Positions 1 through 13,000 of a stretch of 64,000 nt of DNA are shown here, piece by piece. Source of the stretch: Tubiluchus corallicola (taxonomy: Eukaryota; Animalia; Priapulida); NCBI GenBank assembly GCA_030141605.1, contig JAQGDQ010000595.1, forward strand, positions 1 to 64,000, in the 5' to 3' direction. The first letter of the stretch is position 1. Each line of letters starts with the position of its first letter. A program made the position numbers and the translations under genes. The notes under the pieces were generated by a model that did no database searches, was not told the DNA's origin, and saw nothing but the letters and a program-made list of their open reading frames with translations.

Positions 1-1352
1 CCCGTGTATAAGAGACCCTTTTTTGCTCAGAATTTTCACTTTAAAAATAGGGGGTCTCTTATACATGGGAGTAAGTCTTTTCAATAAGATGCATAAATTG
101 TGACACTAATGATTTTAAAGAAATAAGTGCTCTACAACTGTTTTATTTCGAATAATTATAGTTTCCTTTCAATAAATCTTCTCCATGGCTAAATTCTAAT
201 GATAAAATTAATGTACCGGGTAAGTTATTATTTTTTTAAATGTCTCTTTGGTATTGGAGAGAAATCGATTGTTCTGCAGCCAATCAACGCATCTGCATAA
301 GCTCTCTGCTTAATTTAATGATTTCTATGATGAATAAAGTTATTCATTACCAAAAAACTTTTTTCCAGAATTTTTGCCTAAATTCGTTGGCGATATCTTC
401 TATGGAATTTATTTAATTGACTTCGTTCGTTCAATGTATGGTCGGTAACTAGTCGGTAATTGATCAATTGACTATTTTTCCTTCATGTTTCAATGACATT
501 TTCTTGTGGATTTAATAATTTTTTATGATTTTATCATCTTATATCCTATATTATTGAAACAACTAAATGTTTTATTTGTGGTGCGAGGAACGTTTAACAT
601 ACACTTCATTATGCTAGTCATCGGTTTTCTGATTCGAGTTGTTGTTAGTTATGATGAAAACAGTACGGGAAATAGTCACTACTAACAGCTTGTTAAAGGG
701 TTTCAGTAGACATAACTTTTCGCCGTTTGTTCATTCACGGCGCCTTCTGGTCTCAAGCGGAGATGGATTGAATGTATTAATGGAGACCTTAGAGAGAAGA
801 GCATAAATGAAGAGATGGTCAACAACAGGAATGCATGGAGAAGACTCATTCACAACGGCGACCCCGCATGGCGAAAAGCTGGGAAGAAGAAGAAGTTGTA
901 TGATACGCAAATACGTGCTTGAACTGTTGGTGGTGACTGTATTTCCCCGCATGAGGCTTCGTCTGTAAGCTCCCCACTTACTGTACTGTACCTGCATCCC
1001 TGGCATAACAGCAACGGCAAACTGATTAAACATTCTGGGAAATGCAGTGGAGGGGCAGGTCAAAGGAAACCATTAGGCTAGCATATTAGTGTATGTTAAA
1101 CGTTCCTGCTTACAAATAAAACGATATTTAACATGATTGTTTCTATGTATATTATAGGACAAAAGTGAACTAAGATGATATAAAAGTCGTAAAAGTTTAT
1201 TAGTCACACGAAAGTGTCTCATTGAAGCATGTGAAGGAAAAATATTGAATCAATTATGCACAGCTATTTGAGTCAATTACCGACAGTTTACCGACTGTAC
1301 ATTTGAATAGAAGAAGCCCGGACCAGGCATTTTTGAGTCAATTAAATGATTA

Positions 1353-1791
1353 CCGTATTTTCCCATGTATAAGAGACCCTTGTGTATAAGAGACCCCTTC
1401 AATTTTTAGGCAAAAATTCTGGAAAAAAGTTTTTTGGTAATGAATAACTTTATTCATCATAGAAATCATTAAATTAAGCAGAGAGCTTATGCAGATGCGT
1501 TGATTGGCTGCAGAACAATCGATTTCTCTCCAATACCAAAGAGACATTTAAAAAATAATAACTTACCCGGTACATTAATTTTATCATTAGAATTTAGCCA
1601 TGGAGAAGATTTATTGAAAGGAAACTATAATTATTCGAAATAAAACAGTTGTAGAGCACTTATTTCTTTAAAATCATTAGTGTCACAATTTATGCATCTT
1701 ATTGAAAAGACTTACTCCCATGTATAAGAGACCTATTTTTAAAGTGAAAATTCTGAGCAAAAAAGGGTCTCTTATACACGGGAAAATACGG
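1353..1791. mobile_element. Tc1/mariner (Tc2-like) MITE family A; other copies 8216-8658, 22699-23153, partial 1-382
   Basis: TIRs CCGTATTTTCCC...GGGAAAATACGG flanked by TA; subterminal TGTATAAGAGACC repeats. Confidence 0.85.
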
Positions 1792-2648
1792 TAAGTCTGA
1801 TAACTTTAACCTACTAAGAATTTCACTGTATATGGAAAAATTTTGCTTGAAAAGTAATTATTTCCACTGATTGTTTTGTTTAGCAAATGAATTTCTGTGT
1901 AGCATTTTTATGATGTAAGCTTCTACTGTTGTCAAGACACACTATGCAGTAAAAGTAGTGAAATCCTATAATAATGCATATTTAGTAAGTACGATAATAT
2001 TCATGAATTATTACCCCAAAATACTGAAAGGGCAAAAGCAATATTACAGCTAAAAATCTGTTCTTATTGCATAATCCACCCTTGAGATTAGATCACCTTC
2101 ATCAGTAAAGTACACCCCCTTAGGTAATTCTAAATGCAACATAAATTACTAAATTAATGTAACTTGTACTAACTTAGAGTGGTTTTGGACTAATAAATGG
2201 ACACACAGGCCTTGTATGCAGAAGTGTAGTCATTAGGGCTTTACGTAAACTCATTTTAATTGGCACATAAACAAATTTGTTACACCGATAACAAAATTGC
2301 ACATAAGGCGTAAGTGATGCAGCGGTGCTCCAAATTCATGTAGCCATTATGTATAATGAATACAGTGTAGTCACATCCTATCACCAGGCGGCGATCTTAA
2401 AGCCATTTCAAAACAATTATGTAAATAAGCAACACTGGACGATTTTTCCAGCTTCTGTTCTAATTATAATGCAAAATTAAAATTGCAATACAATTAATCA
2501 CCTGTAATTATGTGGCAAAAGGTGATACGATACTAGATAAATTTTCCTTGGATGCGGATATATACAACAAATAGCAAAATATCGACTGATGCTAAAACTG
2601 TTAGCTCTATTTACTACATTAGCTACAACAAACACAGTAAGATCTTAC

Positions 2649-2702
2649 CTTATAAGGAGAAATGTTCCTTTGCAGAGGCATTAGGCTAGCTACATACCGC
2701 TC
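2649..2702 (-). pseudogene. Antisense duplicate of DENND6 exon 7302-7355 with intact splice sites
   Basis: Reverse complement reads ttgtctag|GAGCGGTATGTAGCTAGC...CCTTATAAG|gtaag ([18 protein letters not shown]). Confidence 0.88.
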
Positions 2703-2960
2703 CTAGACAATTTACAAACATTTTAAAGTCTAGTAAACACAAACAACAAAGCATATCTAAATGATATTTAGCACAATGATAGTTGTGAAGGATTTTAGGT
2801 TATTTTATTACTTCAGTGTTCTCTCATTCTGTAAACCCCCCTATACTGTCCTTTTTAACTGCATTCGTATGTATGTCTTGACTTGGCTTCTTTCTGTCAT
2901 GCTCTACTGGCAGAGCTAGTTTACCTGGTTAGTCGGCAGTCTCTTCTTGGCGAAGAGAGC

Positions 2961-2978
2961 TGTTGTTGCTGCTGTTGC

Positions 2979-3032
<54 letters not shown>
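2961..3032. repeat. (TGT)n microsatellite; mirrored as (CAA)n at ~6976-7045
   Basis: Direct inspection. Confidence 0.95.
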
Positions 3033-3034
<2 letters not shown>

Positions 3035-3532
3035 GTCTCAGTTAAACCATTTATTTGTCAAGAGTAGTAGAGCCATGATGTAAGTTTATTCAGTCTGACT
3101 TTATTATTAATTTCTTTGTTTCCTTTTTGGCTCAAATTAGTTTGTTATATGTTGTTATGATTTATTCAAAGTAATGCATCTACATTTGACTTACCTAAGT
3201 CACATTTGAGTTACCAAAACACATTCGAAATTCCTGTCTACATTTGACTTACCTAAGTCACATTTGAACTTTCCTGTGTCTACATTTGACGTGTAAAACC
3301 TATATATAGTAACAGTTTTAATTACAAGACATAGTAACTTACAAGAAAGAAGAAGCATGTTAAGCTGGACCTTCTTAAGTTTTCTGTGCTATTAACTTTA
3401 TTTTTCTGTCAACTTAAAACGACTTTTGATTAACATTTCAACTGATTTTAGTTCTTGATAGTTTGAAATCATGTGTTATGATTTATGTGATATGAATATG
3501 TCAGACAAAGTGTTATTGTGTTAATTTTACAG

Positions 3533-6500
3533 CCCACCTGTGATCTTAGGAGTTACGAATCCATTTTTTGCCAAAACGCTTCAGCATTGGCCACATATCA
3601 TTCGACTAGGAGAACATTTCTATCCACGTAAGTTAGCTGTTTTTTAATTTTGCAAAAATCAAAAGTTATGTTTGAACAACGTAATTAAATAATTTGTGAT
3701 TACACATCCATTGGGTATACAATTTACACAGATTTAGTTTGATGTTTGATGTGATTCTTAGTTCGTTATTTTATCTTAGCATATTTAGCTCACAGGGGTA
3801 TTACAATAAACCTTTTCACAGTTTCGTAGTACACTACAAGCAGTTGCTGTAGGTCAAAGGTTAAGTGTACCACAGCAAAACATCTTAACTACAACTGTCA
3901 CGTGACATGTGGATAAAGCAAAGCCGTCAGCAGCTTCAGTACAGTAACTTCAGCAGTTTTACATGGTCGTTACTTGGTTATGCACTGTTCTGTGCGTAGA
4001 ATGATTTACCAGCAGGATCTTGCTTGTGAACAAGAAAAGATGAACTAGGTAAGGTTCTAGCTGGCTCTTAAAACTGTTACTATTACAACAGCATGGTGTG
4101 CGAGGCATTGTCATGTGTACACAAATGCGTTGTTTGTTACACTTAACCTTTGACCTGTTCACGATCATCATCAATCGCCGGAACTGTGAAAAGGCTTATT
4201 CTAATTGTGAACTTGCATGAATTGTGTTCTGTATTTCTGTTTCTAGTTTTGCCATTTATTTATTGTAAATTTATGATGATTTTTTAAATTAATTTTCTAA
4301 TGCAGGTGCTTTAGGAAAGTCACACAAGTTAAAAAAAGGTAGTAGTTTGAAGACGCTGGATTCCAAGCCAGGTGTTTATACTCGTTATAAGCCGTACCTT
4401 AATAAGGATAAAATGGTTCTCAAACGCTTAGCAAAGGTAATTCAAGTTTGTTTTGCTATCGGATTTATTTAACTTGTTAATCAAATATTTTACTACCATT
4501 GTTGTCTAGTAGTGTTTCCCTCCATAATTAGACATGTACAGTAAACTCCGCATAGCTCAAATCCAGCCGGACCGAAAAAAGTTTGAGTTAGGCGAGCGAA
4601 AAAATCGTCTGAAAATCAGAACAGCCAATAGGTAATTTATCATGCGATAGTTTTGTAAAATAGATACAAAACTGTAAATGTGTGTTAGCTGCATCCAAAA
4701 TGCGCACAGTTATCACTATTACTCTCGCCTGTCACAAGTCGTACATGTACTAAATTTCACATGAACTTTAACAATGTACTTCTGTACAAATTCCATGAAA
4801 CTTTTGCATTAATGGCGTTAGTGCAGTGTACAGTAAACTCCGCATAACTCAAATCCAACCAAACCAAAAAAAACTTTGAGTTATTAGACATTTTGAGCTA
4901 AGTGATGCTGACCATTTTCCAGCATAGAAACTCTAAACCCCTCCTCCAGATGGCGAGCTAAATAGAAGGCAGAAAGTCAACCCTTCTATACATAAACGAC
5001 GAGATTTGATGAGAGTTACATAAAGAATAACAAATTATGTAGTGAAACACAATTTTTCTATGTTACAATAGGGCATGTATTACACAATTACACTATTACA
5101 CAACTCTGTTAAGTAATATAGGGCGCACTTTGTAAGACGTCAGAATTTTTCCGGAAGCAGATACTGTTTTTGAGTTGTACGGAACTTTTTATTTTACCTA
5201 GACTATAACTCGCACTCTTGAGTTAGGCGAAGTAAATTACATGTATTTTGGTTAAATGTGCCATAATTTTTTATTTAAGTTAGGCGAAATTTTGAGTTAT
5301 ATATATTGAGTTAAGTGATGTTTATTGTGGAAAAAACGAAGGATGTAATCCGTTCCGCTGAAATTTTTGAGTTATGCGATTTTGAGTTATGCAGAGAATT
5401 TACCGTATTGCCATTTTCACTAATTTCTGTTTTCAATTTTTTTTTCAATCTTGACAATTTCGGGCATGCATGATTAGTGGTTTTTGAGAATTGTGTTGGT
5501 ACTTGCATTTAACTAGGTTATTGGTATTGTGACAAGCTGTGAGTTTCTCAAAATAAGATTCCTCCTGCTCGTGGATTGATCACTGAAACTTTTCAAAATG
5601 GAACACTGTGATTTAACACGTCGCTTACTGCGATTTTTTAAGGGGTTAAATTACAAAAAAAGTTTATACATTAAGATTGTTGTATAACTTATGACTTAAA
5701 CACCCAGTATGTGCAACATTGTTATAGAATACTGTGTTCCCTCATTTATCACGGGTGTTCCGTTCCAGGCCCACCCGTGATGAGTGAATTTCCGCAAATT
5801 AGGGACGCTATACTTATTTTAGCAGTTATACAATATTTTAAGTCTTTATAAATCCTCTCCACGCTCTTCATATAACGAACCGTAGATTCGTTGATCCTGT
5901 AATGGCGGCCAACTGCAGCATACAATCTCCCGATTTTTGGTGTGTATTCATCCGGCGAATAAATACACTATTTACTATAAATGGTAATTTTTTTATGATT
6001 TATAATATTCTTTTAATGTTAGAATTAATGCTTTTAATATATTTTTATACATTTTGTGATTTTTTATGGAAAATTCATCAAATCTATACATTACTGTACA
6101 ATACGTACTACGCATGTGCAAAAATGCAAAAACCCGCGAAAATACCGCGATAAATATTTTCCATTAATATTTTTGAAAACCCACGAAACTATCGAGTCCG
6201 CGATAGCGAGGGAACACGTTATAAGTATAAGTTGATGATAGTTTGAGACGAAGTGTGTTGTAAATCTAGTGAAGGTGGATCATGTTTGAATAGAATATGC
6301 TACTGCAAAAATGAAAAACTGTGAATTTAATTTGTCATGGACCTATAGTACAACGACTTGTCGCACATCCTAGATTCAAATGAACACAGCCTTGGGAATA
6401 AAACATTTATTTACATGTACTTGGTGAAGTGTGTGATAGGTCTTATGTGGTAGGGTGGCTTGTGTGAAACTTATGTGTGGACTAATTGCATTTGATTCAG

Positions 6501-6973
6501 TTTGAACCAGGTTGAACCTACCTGCGTCTTGTGAAATAATTATAATTTATTATAGCTGTACTAAAATGAATAATAATGAATTTTTAACTGTTTTAGGGAA
6601 TTCAAACTCAGCGGCCAAATGAAGTACAAAATGCGATGTTGAAACGCCATTTCTTGGAGATTACACAGAGTTTTATGATTCCGCTTGTAAGTAAGCTTTT
6701 GTTTATCAATGACAGGTGTGATATACAGGTGTTAAAATTTTTAAATATTTGTTATATAGCACTATGTGAGAGACTACTACTTCATGATGCCCAAAGTAAA
6801 AAAATTCATGTTTGAGTAGCTTTATTACGTTTAATCTGTAAGAAAAATCATAACAAAATATAACAAACTAATTTGAGCCAAAAAAGAAACAAAGAAATTA
6901 ATAATAAAGTGAGACTGAATAAACTTACATCATGTCTCTACTACTCTTGACAAATAAATGGTTTAACCGAGAC

Positions 6974-7026
<53 letters not shown>

Positions 7027-10000
7027 GCAACAGCAGCAACAACAACTTTCTTAGCCAAGAACAGACTGCCCACTAGCCAGGTAAACTAGCTCTGTCAGTA
7101 GAGCATGACAAAAAGAAGCCAAGTCAAGACATACATACGAATGCAGTAAAAAGGGACAGTATAGGGGGTTTACAGAATGAGAGAACACTGAAGTAATAAA
7201 ATAACCTAAAATCCTTCACAACTATCATTGTGCTAAATATCATTTAGATATGCTTTGTTGTTTGTGTTTACTAGACTTTAAAATGTTTGTAAATTGTCTA
7301 GGAGCGGTATGTAGCTAGCCTAATGCCTCTGCAAAGGAACATTTCTCCTTATAAGGTAAGATCTTACTGTGTTTGTTGTAGCTAATGTAGTAAATAGAGC
7401 TAACAGTTTTAGCATCAGTCGATATTTTGCTATTTGTTGTATATATCCGCATCCAAGGAAAATTTATCTAGTATCGTATCACCTTTTGCCACATAATTAC
7501 AGGTGATTAATTGTATTGCAATTTTAATTTTGCATTATAATTAGAACAGAAGCTGGAAAAATCGTCCAGTGTTGCTTATTTACATAATTGTTTTGAAATG
7601 GCTTTAAGATCGCCGCCTGGTGATAGGATGTGACTACACTGTATTCATTATACATAATGGCTACATGAATTTGGAGCACCGCTGCATCACTTACGCCTTA
7701 TGTGCAATTTTGTTATCGGTGTAACAAATTTGTTTATGTGCCAATTAAAATGAGTTTACGTAAAGCCCTAATGACTACACTTCTGCATACAAGGCCTGTG
7801 TGTCCATTTATTAGTCCAAAACCACTCTAAGTTAGTACAAGTTACATTAATTTAGTAATTTATGTTGCATTTAGAATTACCTAAGGGGGTGTACTTTACT
7901 GATGAAGGTGATCTAATCTCAAGGGTGGATTATGCAATAAGAACAGATTTTTAGCTGTAATATTGCTTTTGCCCTTTCAGTATTTTGGGGTAATAATTCA
8001 TGAATATTATCGTACTTACTAAATATGCATTATTATAGGATTTCACTACTTTTACTGCATAGTGTGTCTTGACAACAGTAGAAGCTTACATCATAAAAAT
8101 GCTACACAGAAATTCATTTGCTAAACAAAACAATCAGTGGAAATAATTACTTTTCAAGCAAAATTTTTCCATATACAGTAGGTGCCGCTTAATAGATTCA
8201 TGGTTAATAGACTTACCGTATTTTCCCGTGTATAAGAGACCATTTTTTGCTCAGAATTTTCACTTTAAAAATAGGGGGTCTCTTATACATGGGAGTAAGT
8301 CTTTTCAATAAGATGCATAAATTGTGACACTAATGATTTTAAAGAAATAAGTGCTCTACAACTGTTTTATTTCGAATAATTATAGTTTCCTTTCAATAAA
8401 TCTTCTCCATGGCTAAATTCTATTGATAAAATTAATGTACCGGGTAAGTTATTATTTTTTTAAATGTCTCTTTGGTATTGGAGAGAAATCGATTGTTCTG
8501 CAGCCAATCAACGCATCTGCATAAGCTCTCTGCTTAATTTAATGATTTCTATGATGAATAAAGTTATTCATTACCAAAAAACTTTTTTCCAGAATTTTTG
8601 CCTAAAAATTGAAGGGGTCTCTTATACACAAGGGTCTCTTATACATGGGAAAATACGGTAATCATTTAATTGACTCAAAAATGCCTGGTCCGGGCTTCTT
8701 CTATTCAAATGTACAGTCGGTAAACTGTCGGTAATTGACTCAAATAGCTGTGCATAATTGATTCAATATTTTTCCTTCACATGCTTCAATGAGACACTTT
8801 CGTGTGACTAATAAACTTTTACGACTTTTATATCATCTTAGTTCACTTTTGTCCTATAATATACATAGAAACAATCATGTTAAATATCGTTTTATTTGTA
8901 AGCAGGAACGTTTAACATACACTAATATGCTAGCCTAATGGTTTCCTTTGACCTGCCCCTCCACTGCATTTCCCAGAATGTTTAATCAGTTTGCCGTTGC
9001 TGTTATGCCAGGGATGCAGGTACAGTACAGTAAGTGGGGAGCTTACAGACGAAGCCTCATGCGGGGAAATACAGTCACCACCAACAGTTCAAGCACGTAT
9101 TTGCGTATCATACAACTTCTTCTTCTTCCCAGCTTTTCGCCATGCGGGGTCGCCGTTGTGAATGAGTCTTCTCCATGCATTCCTGTTGTTGACCATCTCT
9201 TCATTTATGCTCTTCTCTCTAAGGTCTCCATTAATACATTCAATCCATCTCCGCTTGGATGGTCCTTTTCTTCTATTTCCCAGCACTTCCATTTCCATGA
9301 CCTCCCTTCCCACGTGATCTTCACCGACTCTTCTTTTCAGGCGTCCATACCATCGCAATCTTGCGAGGCTTCCACTACTTTTACTGTTCCTCTGATATTA
9401 TTATTTCTAATTTTATCTCTTCTTGTTATTCCCACCATTCATCTCAACATCCCCATCTCCACCACATCCATTTTCTTCTCTTCGGTCTTCTTTAGAGAAG
9501 CTGCTTTCAGCCCATAGATTAGAGCGGGTCTGACCACTTCTTTGTGGAGACTCATTCATAGAAGGTTTTGGCGCAGTTTTTACAGGCGGATGCCCTTCCT
9601 GACCCTAACCCTCCCTATTTATCCGGGCTTGGGACCGGCTTGCCCCCCCCCCCCCCCCCGTGGCTAGGTATTTGTGTATCATACAACAGTTTTAAACGTT
9701 TTTATCATTATGAGAACTTTCTGACCCAACTTATCACAAAAAATGAATCAGCTGACCTTGGACGTATTTCCATTATTTTTGCGAACAAACAGACTTGCGT
9801 GATTTAGAAAAGTATACTCTTCAATTTATTGCTAAATCACTTATCTAAATTAATATTTTTTCTAATTTTTATAACTGCACAAAGAAATTTAGGCATTACT
9901 TCGTTTCTAAAATTCATTAAAAACCTTTGCAGTGCATAGTAGGCTGATGACTCATACTTCTACCAGTACTACTACACCCATCTGTTAATAGCTTCAGTCG

Positions 10001-13000
10001 GTTTATTGGGTTAAACCACTTCGGTCCCAAAGTGAGTCTATTAAGCGACGGCTACTGTATTCAATATGAGTATAAATGGCAATGAATGTGGATCATTTTA
10101 ACAAGTTCCTTAAATTTGTTTGATTTGAAGATACAAACCAGCCAGAATTGAACTCATTCAGTGAGTGAGAGAGGATTCTTCAAAGTGATTAATCTTATAA
10201 TAAACATTTTATTATTACGGAACCATTAGTCCGTGTCACAAGTATGCGTCTTAGAATTTTTGTAAGATCCGTTCGCAGTTAAACACCAATAAAACCGTAA
10301 AACAACACTGAGAACAGTGAATTTGTCACCTATCTCCCGATCTCAATGACATTTTTTTCTCAAGTGACAAAATGCGGGAAAGCGTAGACGTGCAGCGTGA
10401 TAAGTATCAACCAACCGAAAAATTTGACGTAATTCGGACTCTGAGTACAACTTCATGAAACACTATCCCAGTTGTATGTGTGGGGAAAACCAAGTCATAG
10501 ATCAGTCTCAGTCACAGTTACAATAAGTTGAATGAAATACAGATGATATTTTTGTTGTCTGTGTCTGTTTTCATCTGCAATTAGCTACATAAATTTCTAA
10601 AGCAATTTTTCATTTTTATTTGGTTTTATTGATGTGATTGCAGGGAACTCCGCGCATCAGACCATTCGATCCAGATGAGTTCATCAAGTCATTAGAATTC
10701 TCTGGTCCTCAACTCACAACAGGAATCAAGGGAGATTGGGTGGGATTGTACAGGTTAGTATTGCTGTTTAAATTCTCTGTAGACATAATTAAGTTGCATT
10801 CGTTTATTATATTATGAGGTTGTTTAATTTTGTATTTTAGAATAAGTGTAATACAGCGATCTCCACGTAACTCAAAATCGCACAACTCAAATTTTCGTCT
10901 AACTCAAGGAATTTCAGTGGAACGGATGAAATCCTTCGTTTTTACTACAAAAAACATCGATTGACTCAAAATATATAACTCAAAATTTCGCCTAACTCAA
11001 ATACAAAAATTATGGTCCATTTAATCAAAACACATGTAATATACTTCACCTAACTTAAAAATGCAAGTTATACTCTAGAAAAATAAAAAGTTTCGTACAA
11101 CTCAAAAACAGCATCGTCTTCTGGGAAAATTCCGATGTCTTACAAGTTTCGCAATCTGATTAGTTTCTCCGGGATTGATCTTTCCGTGTTGTGTACGTGT
11201 CCTGTTGTAACATAAAAAAATCGTATTTATTTGCTATTTTTTATGTAATTGTCATCAAATCTCGTCGTTTATGTATAGAAGGATTGACTTTCTGCCTTCT
11301 ATTTAGTTCGCCGTCTGGAGGAGGGGTTTAGAGTTTCTATGCTGGAAAATGGTCAACATCACTTAGCTCAAAGTGTCTAATAACTCAAAGTTTTTTTCGG
11401 TCTGGTTGGATTTGGGTTATGCGGAGTTTACTGTACACTGCACTAACACCATTAATGCAAAAGTTTCATGGGATTTGTACGGAAGTACATTGTAAAAGTT
11501 CATGTGAAATTTAGTACATGTACGACTTGTGATAGGCGAGAGTAATTTTGATAACTGTGCGCATTGTGGATGCAGCTAACACACATTTACAGTTTTGTAT
11601 CTCATTTTAAAAAACTATCGCATGGTAAATTACCTATTGGCTGTTCTGATTTTCAGACGATTTTTTCGCTGTGCCAATTTTGAGGGTTGGTATAATACTC
11701 GTACGCAAGAGGTGAACCGAAAGCTTCAATTACTTCACCTGGAAGCATTGTCGGATGCAGTAAGTGAAACATAACTTGATATATAAAACTACATGTGTAG
11801 TATATATGTAGCACTACTGCTGCTTTGGAATTCTGATGACTAAAGTTATAATATTCAAATCTTCATAGTGCAATTTTAACATATTTTTATCATATTTTTG
11901 TACATGCATTAGCTTGCTGTCTTGTTACTAAATTCGCTTGAGTTGGTTTGTGTTACCCGAGTGTGAGGCCTTGTTCGTGTTTCTACATAGGAAGTAAAAA
12001 AGAGCAAATTTAAACCCAGAAATTCACTCCAGCTGTATAGCTGATATTATTAACAAAGTTAGTTCGCATATTTGCACTACATATATTTTGTTACAGTCGA
12101 ATCTTGTCATACCGCTTCCCGTTGTACTGCCAAACTGGTTTACTGTCTGCATTATGTCCAGGAACAAAATGGCTGTATTCATCTGTATATAAAATAACTT
12201 ATTGTTATTGTTATCGCGAATTCTAAATACGCCAATGACACCCACCGCTGAACGGGCTATCTATCCATAGTCAGCACCACCCATGACCCATTTCCGTTCT
12301 CCAGATCTCAGACTTTGCAAAAAAACGGCCGAAAAATGGCCATTTTTGGAGGTTTTTTGCCCCTCGTTCTTCCCGGTGGGCCCGATTCGAAAAATAAACC
12401 CCCAATGACACGACACTAGATCGAGACCTTTCATTTGGTGTACAGATCGTCGAATAATACATACGATTTTCAATTGGAAATACCGCCAGCAGTCTCAACT
12501 AATTGTCATTTGTTGTCACATGTTGCCAGATGTCATGTAAAATAATGCACGTTACCATGTTTTAATTGTTTGTAAGCTGTACTGTAGATTATACAATCAC
12601 AATAATACTATTGTCAATGCGCCACGCAGTCATAATAACAACTGACAAGAAAACACGTGGTTCTTGTGAAAGTCATGTATGAGGTTGAAGTTGAACACTT
12701 TGTAGAAAACGAATGAACACTATATTACATATCTGCACAAAAACTGAAAACGTTTATTATACTACGTAGACATATGTAAAATGACTGCTAAACTACACAC
12801 TGACGACCAGAGTGTCCTGCACTGATCACTGAGATTTAGACAGTGTGTAGCACGACTGCACTGCACTGAGAACGTGACAGAGAGTGACTAGAAGTAGAAT
12901 CCAGCCAGTATATATAGGTAGAGGTAATTATGCAAACTTGGCTTCACAAATACCATTACAGAAAAATAGGGGGTGATCCACTGGACCCAACAATTATACT

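Larger units (their letters stand above)
754..3163 (-). repeat. Left arm of a ~2.4-kb inverted duplication of 6845-9257 (probably an assembly artefact)
   Basis: Reverse complement of 6845-9257; identical ORF translations 731-1063/8948- and 1350-1547/8464-8661; mismatches clustered at ~1795-1826 and ~2840-3160. Confidence 0.9.
8177..10057. mobile_element. Tc1/mariner-type element containing nested MITE A (8216-8658) and the twister-RTE insertion
   Basis: TA-CAGTAGGTGCCGCTTAATAGATTCA versus TGAGTCTATTAAGCGACGGCTACTG-TA imperfect TIRs. Confidence 0.55.

Noticed and set aside
2883-3083. Poly-cysteine ORF
   Set aside because: Translation of a (TGT)n microsatellite.
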